Shown: positions 17,363-32,542, counted from the first letter of the stretch. The stretch is 64,000 bases of DNA from the human T2T-CHM13v2.0 reference genome, Homo sapiens (GCF_009914755.1 NC_060946.1); one strand, 5' to 3'. Notes: a model not told the origin generated them from the sequence alone. Numbers and translations are program-made.

Positions 17363-18498
17363 CTTTGTGGTTTTATCTACTTTTGGTCTTTGATGATGGT
17401 GATGTACAGGTGGGTTTTTGGTGTGGATGTCCTTTCTGTTTGTTAGTTTTCCTTCTAACAGACATGACCCTCACCTTCAGGTCTGTTGGAGTTTGCTAGA
17501 GCCCCATTCCAGACCCTGTTTGCCTGACTATCAGCAGTGGTGTCTGCAAAACCGTGGATTTTCGTGATCCGCGAATGCTGCTGTCTGATCGTTCCTCTGG
17601 AAGTTTTGTCTCAGAGGAGTACCTGGTCGTGTGAGGTGTCAGTCTGCCCCTACTGGGGGGTGCCTCCCAGTTAGGCTGCTTGGGGGTCATGGGTCAGGGT
17701 CCCACTTGAGGAGGCAGTCTGCCCATTCTCAGATCTCCAGCTGCGTGCTGGGAGAACCACTGCTCTCCTCAAAGCTGTCAGACAGGGACATTTAAGTCTG
17801 CAGAGGTTACTGCTGTCTTTTTGTTTGTCTGTGCCCTGCCCCCAGAGGTGGAGCCTGCAGAGGCAGGACGGCCTCCTTGAGCTGTGGTGGGCTCCACCCA
17901 GTTCGAGCTTCCTGGCTGCTTTGTTTACCTAAGAGAGCCTGTGCAATAGCCGGTGCCCCTCCCCCAGCCTTGCTGCTGCCTTGCAGTTTGATCTCATACT
18001 GCTGTGTTAGCAATCAGTGAGACTCCGTGTGCGTAGGACCCTCCGAGCCAGGTGCCAGATATAATCTCCTGGTGTGCTGTTTCCTATGCCCGTCAGAAAA
18101 GCACAGTGTTAGGGTGGGAGTGACCCGATTTTCCAGGTGCCGTCTGTCACCCCTTTCCTTGACCAGGAAAGGGAGCTAACTCCCTGACCCCTTGCACTTC
18201 CTGAGTGAGGCAATGACTCGCCCTGCTTCAGCTAGTGAGCAGTGCACTTCACCCACTGTCCTGCGCCCACTGTCTGGCACTCCCTAGTGAGATGAACCCA
18301 GTACCTCAAATGGAAATGCAGAAATCACCGGTCTTCTGCATCATTCATGCTGGGAGCTGTAGACTCGAGCTGTTCCTATTCGGCCATCTTGGCTCCTCCT
18401 CCCATTATTTTTTAATATTTTCTGAAAATCTTCTTTAAAGAGAGAAAGCCAAATGTCACCCACTTTTTCATAATACCTTATAGGCCAATCTATTATTC

Positions 18499-18793
18499 TT
18501 TTCTTTTTTGGAGGTGGATTTTCCCTCTCGTTGCCCAGGCTGGAGTGCAATGATGCGATCTCGGTTTACTGCAACCCCCTGCCTCCCAGGTTCAAGCAAT
18601 TCTCCCGCCCTAGCCTCCTGAGTAGCTGGGATTAGAGGCATGCCACACCATGCCCAGCTAATTTTGTGTTTTTAGTAGAGACGGGGTTTTTCCTTGTTGG
18701 TCAGGCTGGCCCTGAACTCCTGACCTCAGGTGATCCACCCGCCTCGGCCTCCCCAAGTGTTGGGATTACAGGCGTGAGCCGCTGCCCCTGGCC
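18499..18793 (-). mobile_element. Alu (AluS)
   Basis: Alu reverse consensus. Confidence 0.92.
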
Positions 18794-19732
18794 ATTTTTT
18801 TTAAAGATAACCTCTTACTCTGTCACCCTCCTCTCCATATTATAGCTCTGGGGCCAAGCTGCATCACAATGGAAATCATGGAGCCACAGGAAGAATCCAC
18901 TCAGCTTTGCAACATGCTGCCCAAGGGGTTGCTTGGAGTAACCAAATTAACATTTTTCATTCTGCTCAGAGCAAAATACATGTGACAAAACATAGACACG
19001 AGCCACTTTGCTTAGCACCCAGTGTCAAACTGGTAAGACCCAAACTTGCTCCCAGATAGGCCGTGCCACCTCTAAATCTTTTTAGAAGCTTCTGCATATT
19101 AATAGGCATCCCTAGATGAGACTAATTTGGGAGCCCTCATTTTTAAATGCACTTCAGGGCATTATTCATTTGGAATGTTCCACTGTAAGTTATCTTTAGT
19201 AAGATTTTGCCATTTCTGTAAGACTTTGCTGCTTCCCAGGCCTAATGAATTAGCCAGAAGGAAGTAAGTTTTCCAGAAATTAAGGATCCTATTTTTACCT
19301 AATATATTGGCTTTACTCCCATGTTCCCTTCATTGACTTAGCCAATGATTTTTTTTTCCTACCTAAGCGTGCGAGGAAAATGAAACAAAGGGGTAGAACA
19401 CAAAAATCCCTGTGAATTTTCAAAAGCCAAATTTTACAACCCTCCAAAATTATCATTTGCTACCACTTTCCTTCTGACCCATTCAGATGTAGGAGGTCTC
19501 TAACTGGAACTGGATTCAAGCCAGTTAACTACTGTATCAAATCTGATCCTGGACCCGGTCCCGTTTCTGTCATAACTTCTAAAACATCCAGTCAGTCATG
19601 ACTGGATAGCAGTTTGGAACAGAAATTTGCTCAAAGAAACTCAGAGCTCAAAACACAAATCCATGGAGCTCTGAAATCCGAGAGAGAATTTACCATGATC
19701 CCCAGCTGCTCTGAGAGGTCAAAGGGCACAAG

Positions 19733-20994
19733 TGTTACAGAATCCTGAGATGTCACTTTTCTGCCTGAAACCTCTGGCTGGTGGTGCCTTTACCTGTGTT
19801 TTGCTCGGGCCCACTGGGTTCATTCCATCCACTCGGCTCATGCTAGTGGTGTGGATCCCACACCTGCCAAGGGTGAGCTGGGTACAGAGCAGTGAAGGGT
19901 GTGTGAGCAAGCAAGCATGGGATCTGGCCACTGCACACAGCCAAGCATGCCAGCTGCAGTGAGGTGGGCAGCTCCAGGTACCGGCACAGATGCCAGCTCC
20001 CTGTGAGGCTGCAGCTGGACCAGACCGACTGCAAACAGCTTCCACTGTGTGTATCAGGGAATGCAGTGGCGCCCAGAAACTTGGAGATGCAGGAACTGCA
20101 GAGCCCCAAAGAAGGCATCACAGCCCTGGCTTAGGGAGCTCCTAGGTCTGGGCTCCCTGAAGGGCCACAGCTCTTGTCTCCTTCTCTCTTCTCTTCTTCT
20201 TGCCTGCAATTTGGCAAGCAAGGGGGGCGTTTCAGCCCTGTTTATGTTACACCTCTTTCAGCCCTGCTAGTTGGCAGGTCCCGAGTTCTTGTCCTGAGTC
20301 CAGGAAGAATGAGGTATGTGGGCAAGTAGAAGGTGAGAAAGGTGAAGAGGTGCTTTATTGAGCAACAGTACAGCTCAGAGGAGAACTGCAGTGGGTAACT
20401 CCTTTCTGCAGGCAGGTCATCCCAACGTCTTTTCAGCTCTCAGCAGCTGAGAGAGACACACTGTGGTTAGCTGTGCCCACATTGCCGAGGCTGTTCGAGC
20501 TGAGGAGTGCCTTCAGGCCAGTGCTGAGCCACTCTTAGCCCCACCTCAACCTCCGTCTTGTGCTCGTCACTGCCCAAAGTCTGGAGGGGGCCGAGGTGGC
20601 AGGGGGCTGGCATGTCAGCACTGCCCTGAGCTTGCACAAACTGGGCCGTGTTGCGACTGTGCCTGGGTTCAGCCTCAACTTGGATCCGAAGTTGGAGTGG
20701 ACTCTGGGAGTGGAGAGATGCCAGGTGGTGGGACCAGGTACGACTGAGCCTGCGGGGGCAGGGGGGCTTGCTGGGCCTCTGAGAGTGCAAAGATGCCCGG
20801 GTTTGCAGTCATGGCTGGATGGCTGCAGCTGTGCCTGGGAGGGCGGGGCTCCTGCCTGCCAATTTAGAAGAGGTGGGGCTCCCACCCGTTCCTGGCTCCC
20901 ACCAGCTTCGAGGAGCCCACAGCCCCAGCCACTCCTCCCCACTGCAGCCAGTGTCTCCGTAGCAACTGCTCCACGTGGACCACTGCTGCCATCA
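19733..20994 (-). mobile_element. MER52-family LTR nested in the MER57 internal region
   Basis: Starts tgttacagaatcc...cacttttctgcctgaaacctctggctggtggtgcctt, ends ctgctgccatca (TG...CA termini); GC-rich 1.26 kb body. Confidence 0.75.
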
Positions 20995-21114
20995 CAGAGC
21001 AGTCCTTGCAGGTGCCTTTCTTGTACCTCAGCACTCCTGGGGGTCATTAGAAGCCCTAGCAACGCTGCTCACCACACTATAGCTCCGGAGGCCCTAGCAG
21101 TCCTGCTCCTACAG

Positions 21115-21132
21115 ATCCCACTTCTGACACCA
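21115..21132 (-). other. Retroviral primer-binding site, tRNA-Leu
   Basis: Plus strand atcccacttctgacacca equals the 3' 18 nt of tRNA-Leu(CAA) plus CCA; 2 nt from the LTR end. Confidence 0.85.
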
Positions 21133-21134
21133 TC

Positions 21135-21611
21135 TATTAAAAGAAAATCTTCAGCTTAATTAAATTTAAAGGAACTTAATTGAGCAATGAATGATTCACG
21201 AATCAGGCAGCCCCCAGAATCACAGCAGATTTGGTGAGACTCCAGCACAGCTACATGGTGGAAGATTTATAGACAATAAAGGGAACGTGATGTACAGAAA
21301 TCTGAAGTGAGGAGTGCGGTCCAGAAGCAACTGGGTCCCTTACCATTCTCAGCAGTGAGGTCCAGAAACAACTGGACTGGTTCCAGTGCTCAGCATTTGC
21401 CTTATCTGAACACAGCTGAACACTCAGCAGTGTGTGAGTGGCAGAAGTTTGGCTGTTGGGATTGGCCAGGACTCAGCTATAGTTACAGGCGCATACCCCT
21501 AAGTTAGGTTTTCAGTCTTCCTTCCTATTAACTTAGGTTGCAGTTTGTCCACAGGGACTCAAATCTAGAAGTACAGAGTCCTTCCCAGGCCATATTTAGT
21601 TCACTGTAACA
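21135..21611 (-). mobile_element. MER57A-type 5' LTR
   Basis: Reverse complement begins tgttacagtgaactaaatatggcctgggaaggactctgtacttcta and ends cattgctcaattaag...tttaaatttaattaagctgaagattttcttttaata. Confidence 0.85.
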
Positions 21612-22022
21612 GTTCCTATTATGACCTCACTGACAGTTCTTTTTCTCTGAATTCTCCTTTCTTCTCAACAGCTTATCCAAATGTTCCATTAGTCCCTGTT
21701 CATCCCGCCCTGCAGTTCTCCTTGACTGATTCAGCCCTTTGTGGTTTGCAGTCCTGTTTCTCTACAGCTTGGACCCCTTCAGTCTTTCCATCATAGGTTT
21801 AACTCTCTGTTGAATGCTTCTTTGTAGCTACGCAAAAGTTACCTTAAGCTCAAAAAATTCAAAGTGAAAGCCACATCCTCCTCTCTTCCCTTATGTGTAT
21901 GGTATTACTACCATGCAGCCAGTGACCCAAAATGGGATTTCTTCTGGGCTTTTCTTGCTTAGATTCAGGCTCATCTGGTGTCAAGCCTTGTTACTTTTGT
22001 TTCCTTGTTCTTTTATTTTAAA

Positions 22023-22316
<294 letters not shown>

Positions 22317-23039
22317 TGCTTGTTGTTTTCATCTCATCCTGATTTCTGAATACAGGAGAGGAGCTGAGTTGGTGTTCACTAACAAGCACGGAAGCTTTGT
22401 TACATTTACAGTGTCATTCTTGGCAAAACCTGAATGGTATGTTTGTGGGGTGATGAGATTCAGTCCCCTGTGACCTGTGCATCTGGCCAACACTGTGGTG
22501 ACATCCTTAGGAATCAATGGGGAGAGAGAAAGCATTCAGGAGTTAGTGGGTCACATTTGACAAAGGCCAATAAAGAAATATGCAAAGAGAAAAATCAAGA
22601 AGAACATTGTCATATTTTATACCTTTTGTTTATATAAATTTATGTCAATGATTCTAGCTTATGTTAATATGCAATGTATACAATATGCTAACATATACAA
22701 TATATGTTTATAGTTTAAACATTTCTGTCATGTTTTCAGATTCTTTAAAGATTATATTGCACTTCCTATTTCAGACAGCTGTTTAAAATGAGTAAGGGGA
22801 AACGGATGTTTGCATCAGTTCTAACTGTTTATGGACTAAAACTAGTTGATTTCTTAGTTAAGAACAAAAAGTGACAACCTAATTAACTGAAAATTTGAAG
22901 TAGGCAATTATAGTTTTAGCTTTAACGTAAAATATTAACTATGCTCCATTCTTGCATTTTTAACCTAATACTCAATATAAATCGCTACATGCCTTTTCAG
23001 ATCAAGGTTCTACTTGTGATCTCTCATGAGATTTTCAAG

Positions 23040-25150
23040 GTTTTAATTATCTGAGATGTAACAATGTACCAGTAACCTTACTGGCTTAAACCAGGAATTT
23101 ATTCTTTTTACATGTCACAATTTTCTGGGTCAAGACACTGGACAGGGCGGTGTTGGTTGGTTGCTTCATGATGTCCTTGGTCTCATCTGGAAGGACTCTA
23201 GTGGCTGGGGACATGGAGCAGGCACCCAGCCCTCTCTTCGTGGCCAGCACGGACTTCCTCCCAGTCTGGCAGCGTCAGGTAGTCAGGTTTGTCTGGCTTC
23301 TCCCAGGGTGTGTGTCCAAGAGGCCCAGGCAGAAGCTGTAAGGACTCTCATGATCACCCCTCAGAAGTCCCAGAGCATCTCTCCTGCCACACTGCCCAGT
23401 CGCACTCATCACTGAGACCAGCCATGATTCAAGGGGGAAAGGTGATTAGATTCCACCTCTTGATGAGAAGCATAGTAGGAACCTGCAGCAGTCTTTAATA
23501 AACCACATCTGGTCCTCTGGCCACAAACTATTAACATTTCTCCTACATGCAAATTATGCTTTGCCCCTCTCAAGAGCCCCAGAAAGGTTTTCCTTATGGC
23601 ACTGGCTGGTAGCCCAACTGAACCCTGAATCAGGTTGTGGTGGCCTGTCATCTGCACCCACACACACTCAGCCGCAGTGAGGACTGAATCAGGTTTTGGT
23701 GACCTGTCATCTGACCCCCCACACACAGCCACAGTGAGGACTGAATCAGGTTGTGGTGGCCTGTCTTCTGCCCCTGACACACTCAGCCACAGTGAGGACT
23801 GAATCAGGTTGTTGTGACCTATCATCTGAGCCCACAAACTCAGCTGCAGTGAGGGGACTGGTGTGAAAACAGTCGGCATTTCCCTTTAGAAGCTGTTGGT
23901 GGGAGGCAAGAGGGAAGTGCTGCCCTGCAGGCCCCGTCTAACAGTTGGTCATTCCCATGGGGTGCCTGTTACAGTTCTGTGATTAGTGCCCAGTCCTGGT
24001 CCCTGAGAACGGCGCCCAGTCCTGGTCCCTGAGAATGGTGTTTGTGTCCTTTTACTCTTCCCTCTGGGCTTTTGTCATTCTCCATGTTCTTTTTCCTTCA
24101 GTGCCTGGGTTGCCGTTGACCAACTTTCCCTACCTTTTTCTTATGGTCAATAGGGTATTCAATGGCTTCTTTTTCATTTTTTTTTCCTTTTCTTTTCTTT
24201 TTTTTTTTTTTCACTTTGGCCTTTTGAGACAAGAAGTTATTTCTTTATATTTTCTCTAAATTCTGTTTGAAAACTGAACCTTCTTCTTTAGATCATGTCC
24301 CTCTCCTGTCATATTTATTCAGTGACAGTTAGGGGAGGCTGGTAGCACTTTCCATGTTCTTCCCAGATGTCTCCTTAGGCAGATCCCTGAGATGGTGCAG
24401 TGCCCTTTCAGTTTCCATGTTGTGGCCATAGTTTTCCCACAGTCCCTCAGCACGTAGCTCTCAGGCCTTTTCTCCAGTTTCCAATGACATTTTCTCACCG
24501 ACCTTCAGGCCCTGACCAGGTGTCTTGATGCTCTTCCAGGTTGCATGAATGGTCTCCTTGAGGCCCAGTTACAGGTCAGCCTCACAGTCGTGGCACATAT
24601 TGTAGCTTCTGATTACCACAGCGGCTCATTTCCAGCTACCATATTCTGTTCCAGTTATCTATTCTGAAGAAACCATCCCCAAAACTTGTCAGCTTAAAAC
24701 AACTCATTATTAGTTGTTTTTTGGCTTAGAGAGTCTTGGTGGTCAGCTCATCTCACACATAGTTGCAGCCAAGCTGGATTGTGTGAAAGCACAGTGAGGT
24801 GATGTGCAGGGTGGCTCACTAGTGGTTGGGAGTGGATGTTGCTGGAGGCTCACTAGTTGTTGGGAGTCGGTGTTGCTGGAGGCTCAGTGGGGGATGTCAA
24901 TGCATGTAGCTAGTCATGGACTGGCCGTGTGGTTTCCATCATGAGGTCTCAGGGGAGTGGGATTTCCTGCCTGGTGACTGGCTTTCTCCTGGATAAGTGT
25001 TCTGTTTTCTCAGCCTGGCTTCTGAAGTCCCCAAATACCACCTTTGTCACCTTCTGTTGGCCAAATAAGTCAGTAGTTTGGTCAAGGTTTAAGGGGAATT
25101 GGTCCTCACAGAGAGAGGAGCAGGAAAGAAGTTGTCAACTTTAGTCTACC
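23040..25150 (-). mobile_element. MLT1 (MaLR) LTR-internal-LTR remnant
   Basis: Two related LTR-like segments (about 23040-23510 and 24645-25150; ggcttaaa..., cttagaagtcc-like motifs) with a MaLR-type junction tttccagctaccatattc|tgttccagttatctatt. Confidence 0.5.
23627..23859 (+). repeat. Minisatellite, about 58 bp x 4
   Basis: Unit gaatcaggttgtggtggcctgtcatctg...cacacactcagccacagtgaggact repeated four times. Confidence 0.92.
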
Positions 25151-25199
25151 AGAAATGAGATTTTTATAACAAGTTTGTTCCAAATACATTCCAGTTCCC

Positions 25200-25970
25200 C
25201 TTGTGAATACTTTTTTGACTCACAGGGTATTTCAAAGTTTATTACTTGGTTTTCAGACATTTGAGGCTTTTCTGGTTATCAATTTGTTGTTGGTTTCCAA
25301 TTTAATTTCAAGTGTTCAGACAACATCCTTTGTATAGTATTTCAGGCTTGAACCTTTTCTCAATCGATCGACATACAGTCTATCTTGGTACTGCCAAGTA
25401 CCATTTGGGTCAGGATTTTGTCATTTAGATCCATATTTTTCCTATATTTTTATCTGGTTGTTCCATCAGTTACTGAGACAGCAGTATTAATTCACCAGCT
25501 ATAATTTTGGATTGTCAATTTCCTGCTTTTGTTCTGTTGTTTTTGATTCACATACTTTGAGGTTGTGTGTGTGTGTGTACTTTGTGTGCACTTTGAGGCA
25601 CAATTTTTAATTGTAGCATCATCCTCTCTGATTCTTTTATTTTTATTAAATTACCCTGTTTATTTCTGGTGATATATTTTGCTCTGAAGCCTCTATCATC
25701 TAGTGTTAACATCTCTGTTGAAGCTTTTTATGATTAGTGTCTGGATAGCATATTTTTATGATTAGTGTCTGCATAGCATATTTTTTCTCACACTTTGTTT
25801 GTGTCTTTGTGTTTAAATTGTGTCTCTGTGGATGCCATATTGTTGGGTCTTGCCTTCCTCTCAGGTCTGGCAGTCTCTGTCTTAAGTAGAGTATTTGTCC
25901 AGTTACATTGTAACTAATCATTGCTAAGGTTGGATTTAGGTCTGCCATTTTTCTACTTATTTTCTATTTG
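25200..25970 (-). mobile_element. L1M fragment
   Basis: T-rich L1-like reverse sequence; ORF 25706..25948 resembles a decayed endonuclease N-terminus (LRGRQDPTIW). Confidence 0.6.
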
Positions 25971-25974
25971 TTTG

Positions 25975-26265
25975 TTTATTTTTTTAAGACAGGGTCTTGC
26001 TCTGTCACCCAGACTGTAGTGCAATGGTGCAATCTTGGCTAACTGCAACCTCTGCCTCCCAGGCCCAACCAATCCTCACTTGAGCCCCCTGAGTAGCTGG
26101 GACTACAGGTGCATGGCACCACACCTGGCTAATTTTTATATTTTTTGTAGAGATAGAGTTTTGCCATGTTGCACAGGCTGGTCTTGAACTCCTGAGCTCA
26201 AGCAACCTACCCACCTTGGCCTCCCAAATTGTTCAGATTACAGGCATGAGCCACCATGCCTGGTC
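25975..26265 (-). mobile_element. Alu (AluJ-like)
   Basis: agacagggtcttgctctgtcacccag...ctcctgagctcaagc. Confidence 0.9.
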
Positions 26266-26376
26266 TTCGTCTGTCTTTTGATCTTCTATATATTCTTTCC
26301 TAACTTCTTTTGGGTTAAATATTTCTAAATATTCCAGTTTGATTAATCTTTTGGCTTTTTGAAATAATTTTTTATA

Positions 26377-26675
<299 letters not shown>

Positions 26676-27022
26676 TTATAAATAATTTATTATTTCTAAT
26701 TTTGGTAACAAACACATACCTTAAAATTTACCATCATAACCAGTTGTAAGTGTACCGTTTTGTAGAGTTAAGAATATTTACAGTGTTGTGTAGCAGATTT
26801 CTAGATTTTTTTTTTTATCTTGGAAAACTCTATACCCATTCAACAACTATTAATTCCCCCTTCCTTCCACCTCCTGGCAAGTACTATTCTACTTTGTGTT
26901 TCTAAAACTTTGGCTTATATACCTAGGGTTATATAATATTTGTTGTTTTGTAAGTAGGTTCCATGTTATGTGTCAGATGTGTCAGGATTTTCTTCCTTTC
27001 TATGGCTGAATAATATTTCTTC

Positions 27023-27075
27023 ATATATATATATATATATATATTTTCTCTCTCTCTCTCTCTATATATATATAT
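27023..27075. repeat. (TA)n(TC)n(TA)n compound microsatellite
   Basis: Read directly from the sequence. Confidence 0.9.
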
Positions 27076-28590
27076 CCTTTTGTTTATCCATCTATTCCTG
27101 GATGGACGTTTTGGTTTCTTCTACTTGTGGCTGTGTAATGCTCCTGTGAACATAGGTTTCCACATATCTGTTGGAGTTCCTGCTACTAGTTATTCTGTCT
27201 CTGTAGAAGTTGGATGCCTGGATCATATGGTCATTTTATTTTATTTTTTGTGAGGAGCCAGTTCATATTTCCACCAACCGTGTTCAAGGGTTTCAGTTTC
27301 ACCTGCACTTGTTACTTTCTGTTGGGTTAGAAGTGATGTCCCATTGTGGTTTCTATTTGCATTTCTTTAATGACTAGTGATGTTACACATCTTCTCATAT
27401 ATCTCATGTATCTGTTGGCTATTTTTATATTATCTTTGCATCTTTGGATAAATGTTCTTTGTCCATTTTTTAATCACTTTATTTTGTTGTTGTGTTGTAG
27501 TGGGGTTTTTTGGTCATGATCATTCATTTATCTCACAGTTCATTCTTGTTACTTGGGCCAGGGTCATGGTCATTCATTATCTCTCAGTTCATCCTCATTA
27601 CGTTGGGCAAACAGTCATGCTGCAGGGTATAGATTATGTTATTCTGTTACTTTCAGGTAGAATTGGGGTCTAGGTTCTAATTGTTTCTAAGTTTAGATTC
27701 TGAATGAGAATCAGCAGAGGTAGACCACTGCTGCTGAGGCCTGGGGATTGCTGGGGAAAAGGCAGGAAACAGGTACGGACCTGACCATGGAAGATTTGTG
27801 TTTCACGGCTCCCATCTGGGTACCCAAGGAACCTACATGTAGCTCGTGTGTGGAGAGCCTACATTGCCCACTCAAAGCAATTGAGGATGGAACAGTCTTG
27901 GGGCTGGAGCTCATTATTTGGAATGATAACCACATCTGCACAGAGAGGACCTGACAAGATGTTGTCCTTCCATGTATATCTGGGAATCCTCTGTAGGGTC
28001 TCTCTGTAAGGACAGGGGCAGTGTTGGCTCCTTGGCCTCTAGTTAGCCTCACAAGTAGTCTAGTAAAGGCTTTGCAAACTTGTCACCATCTGTGGACATT
28101 CTGGCCAGCTCTTGTTTTCACCCTACTGACTTCTTCAGACACTAGGCTTTGCTTTAGACCATTCATGGTTTTTCTTCCTCTTCAAATCAGTAATAAATAA
28201 ATCCTCTTCAAGTCAATAAATTTCCACTCCTTTAGGAAACCCTGAACTTCTGGTCACATCAAGGTTTAATTAACTGGTTTGATAGTTTTTCTGTTTTGTT
28301 TTTTTTTTCCTTCTTCCTAGGGGTTTCTAGTAATTCTAGTTTGATGTCTCACTTTCTCCATTTTTTATTTCTTAGTTTTCTTCTGTGATTATTTTCACTG
28401 CAGCTGCAGGGCCTAATCCTAGGTTGGCAGAGAACTAGCACTTACTCTGCCCTAATTGGAATCCAGGAGAGATAGGAGGTGCCCTAGTGTGAAAATGTGT
28501 TTGCTCCTCTCTGCTTCTGGAAGTCTCTCTGTAGGAGTTCTTTACGTATTCTGTATGTTCACTTCTTATGAGATACATGATGAGCAACTA

Positions 28591-28802
28591 TAGGTTGAAT
28601 GTCTCTGATCCAAAAATCTGAAATCCCAAATGCTCCAAAGTCTGAAATTTTAGAGTGCCAACATGACACTCAAAGGAAATGCTTATTGGAGCAACTCAGA
28701 CTCAGGTGTTTGAATTCGAGATGCTCAACCAGTAAGAATAGTGCAAATATTACAAAATCTGAAACACATCCCAAGCATTTCAAATAAGGTACACTCAACT
28801 GG
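28591..28802 (+). mobile_element. Tigger4a/MER46A-type MITE
   Basis: TA|taggttgaatgtctctgatccaaaaatctgaaatcc...aaggtacactcaactgg|TA; TIR-like ends and TA target. Confidence 0.8.
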
Positions 28803-29576
28803 TATTTTCTTTTATTCTACAGTTTGCCTTTTACCCTGTTGGTTGTGACCTTTGAGGTACAGAAGTTTTTAGGTTTGATATATTTTTGCTTTTACTGCCT
28901 GAGCTTTTAATGTCATATCCTAAAAATTATTGACAACTTCATCGTCATAAAGCATTTTACAAATTTGTTTTCCCTAGGAGTTTGATAGTTCTAGTTTTAC
29001 ATTTAGGTTTATAATTCACTTTGAATTAATTTTAACGTGGTGTAAGGTAAGAGTCCAACTTCACTGTTTTGCATGTAGATATACAAATTCCCCAACACAA
29101 TTTGTTGTAGAAACTGTCCTTCACCATTGAGTGGTCTTGGCATCCTTGTGGAAGATCATCGGACCATATATGCCAGGGTTGGTTTCTGAGGTCTCTGTTG
29201 TGTTGGTCCATAAGTGTGTCAAGAGTGTATTTATGCCATGACCACATTTTTTTTTGGCTTATTGCAGTTTTGTAATTGTTTTGAGACCTTTAATTTTGTT
29301 CTGTTTCAAGATCGATTTGCCTATTCATGGGCCCTGGAGATTCCATATGAATTTTAGGATAGGTTTTTCTGTTTATCAAAAATGTCATTGGAATCTTTAT
29401 AAGGATTGTATTGAATCTAGGTCACTTCGAGTAGTGTTGACATCATTCCAAGATGAAATCATCTAATCGGCAAACCTAGCTTTTCTTTTCATTTATTTGT
29501 GTTTAATTTCTTTCAACAGTGTTTTGTAGTTTTCTGTGTTCAAATCTTTTGCCCTCTTGGTGAAGCTTATTTCTAA

Positions 29577-30617
<1,041 letters not shown>

Positions 30618-31644
30618 CTCTTTTTAAAATTTAATTTGCAGATTGTTCATTGTTAGTTTATAGAAATGCAACTGACTTGAGAGTGTTACTATATCCTGAA
30701 ACTTTGTTGAATTTCATTATTCTACCAGTATTTTGTGGAATTTCAGAATTTTTACACATAACATCCTGTTGTCTGTGAACAAAATTTTGTACTTTTTCCT
30801 TTCCGATTGGCATGCTTTTTATTACTTTCTCTTGCCTAATTATTCTAAGTAGAAATTCCAGTGCTGTGGTGAATAGAAGTGGCAGGAAGAGAAGTTGCTA
30901 TCTTATTCCTGATCCTAGAGGAAAAGATTTTAGTTTTTCACTATTGAGTATGATGTTAGCTGTGAGCTCTTCATGTATAATCTTTATTTACTGAGCAGTT
31001 TCCATATATTACTAATTCTTTGAGTGTTTTTATTACAAAAGGTGTTCATCTGGCTCTGGAACCAGATAAATGTTGACCGATAGAATGGACTGGAATGTCC
31101 CCTTCTGGTTTTTGAACATTTTTGGAAGATTTTGCAGAGGATTGGCATTAATTCTTCTTGAAATGTTTGGTAAAATTTTCCAGTGAAGTTATCTGGACCT
31201 GGAATTTTCTTTTTGGTGGGGTTTTTGATTACTGGTTGAATCTTCTTACTAGTTACAGGTCTCTTTGGATTTTTTATTTCTCCGTGATGCAGTATGGTGG
31301 TTTGTGTTTCTAGGAATTTATAAATTTATTCTAGGTTGCCCAGTTTTGTGGCATATGGTTGCTCACATTAGTGTCTTGTAATCTTTTTCATTTCTGTGGT
31401 ATGTGTTGTACTGTCAACTCTTTTATTTATGATTGTAGTATTTGAGATTTCTCTTTTTTTCTTAATATAGCTGTGAGTTTTAAAATTTTTATTGATCTTT
31501 AAAAAAACAAACTCAGTGTTTTTTTTTCCTTTTTTTCTGGTCTTATTCTGCTTATCTCTGCTCTAATCTGTTATTTTCTTCCTTTTGCTTGGTTTGTCAT
31601 TAGTTTTTTTTTTCCTTCTTCAGGTGTAATGTTAGGTTATTGAT

Positions 31645-31886
31645 TTGAGAACTTTCTTCTTTTTAATTTAAGCACCGGCAGCTATAAGCTTCCCTTTAGC
31701 AAGGGTTTGAGATCTTTCTTCTTTTTAATTTAAGCATCTGCAGCTGTAAACTTCCCTTTAGCACGGGTTTGAGATCTTTCTTCTTTTTAATTTAAGGATC
31801 TGCAGCTGTAAGCTTCCCTTTAGCATGGGTTTGAGATCTTTCTTCTTTTTAATTTAAGCATCAGCAGCTGTAAGCTTCCCTTTAGC
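31645..31886 (+). repeat. Minisatellite, 62 bp x about 4, inside L1M
   Basis: ttgagatctttcttctttttaatttaagcatctgcagctgtaagcttccctttagcacgggt repeated. Confidence 0.93.
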
Positions 31887-32074
31887 ACTGCCTTTGTTGC
31901 CTCCTTCTGAGTTTGGGTATGTCATGGTTTCGTTTTCATTTGCTTAAACATTTTTTGCCCTATTGTAATATAATTGTGTTGTTTTTAATAAAGGTAATTA
32001 ATGAAACACATAATGAATTGTGCTTCTGTTTTTATAATATTTTAAGCATTCTTAACTCAGAAATGTAAATTTTA

Positions 32075-32428
<354 letters not shown>

Positions 32429-32542
32429 TTAGAAACTGTGATCTCCTAAGTGTATTGACACAGCAACGTGACATAAAGATAAAGAATAATAAGCATATAA
32501 CAAAACAGAAACTTGCAAATACCTGTTTTTTATTAATTTTTA

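Larger units (their letters stand above)
18404..21134 (-). mobile_element. MER57-type ERV1 internal leader, interrupted by an Alu and MER52
   Basis: Lies directly after the MER57A LTR and PBS on the minus strand; MER4-group internal-like sequence at 19000-19730. Left boundary uncertain. Confidence 0.6.

Noticed and set aside
18235-18438. ORF containing MNPVPQMEMQKSPVFC
   Set aside because: Standard antisense reading of the L1 5' end; no sign of function.
21115-21132. tRNA-Leu gene
   Set aside because: Only the 3' 18 nt including CCA, adjacent to an LTR: a primer-binding site.
20463-21159. Overlapping 175-199-aa GC-rich ORFs
   Set aside because: They lie within the MER52 LTR, and GC-richness explains the lack of stops.
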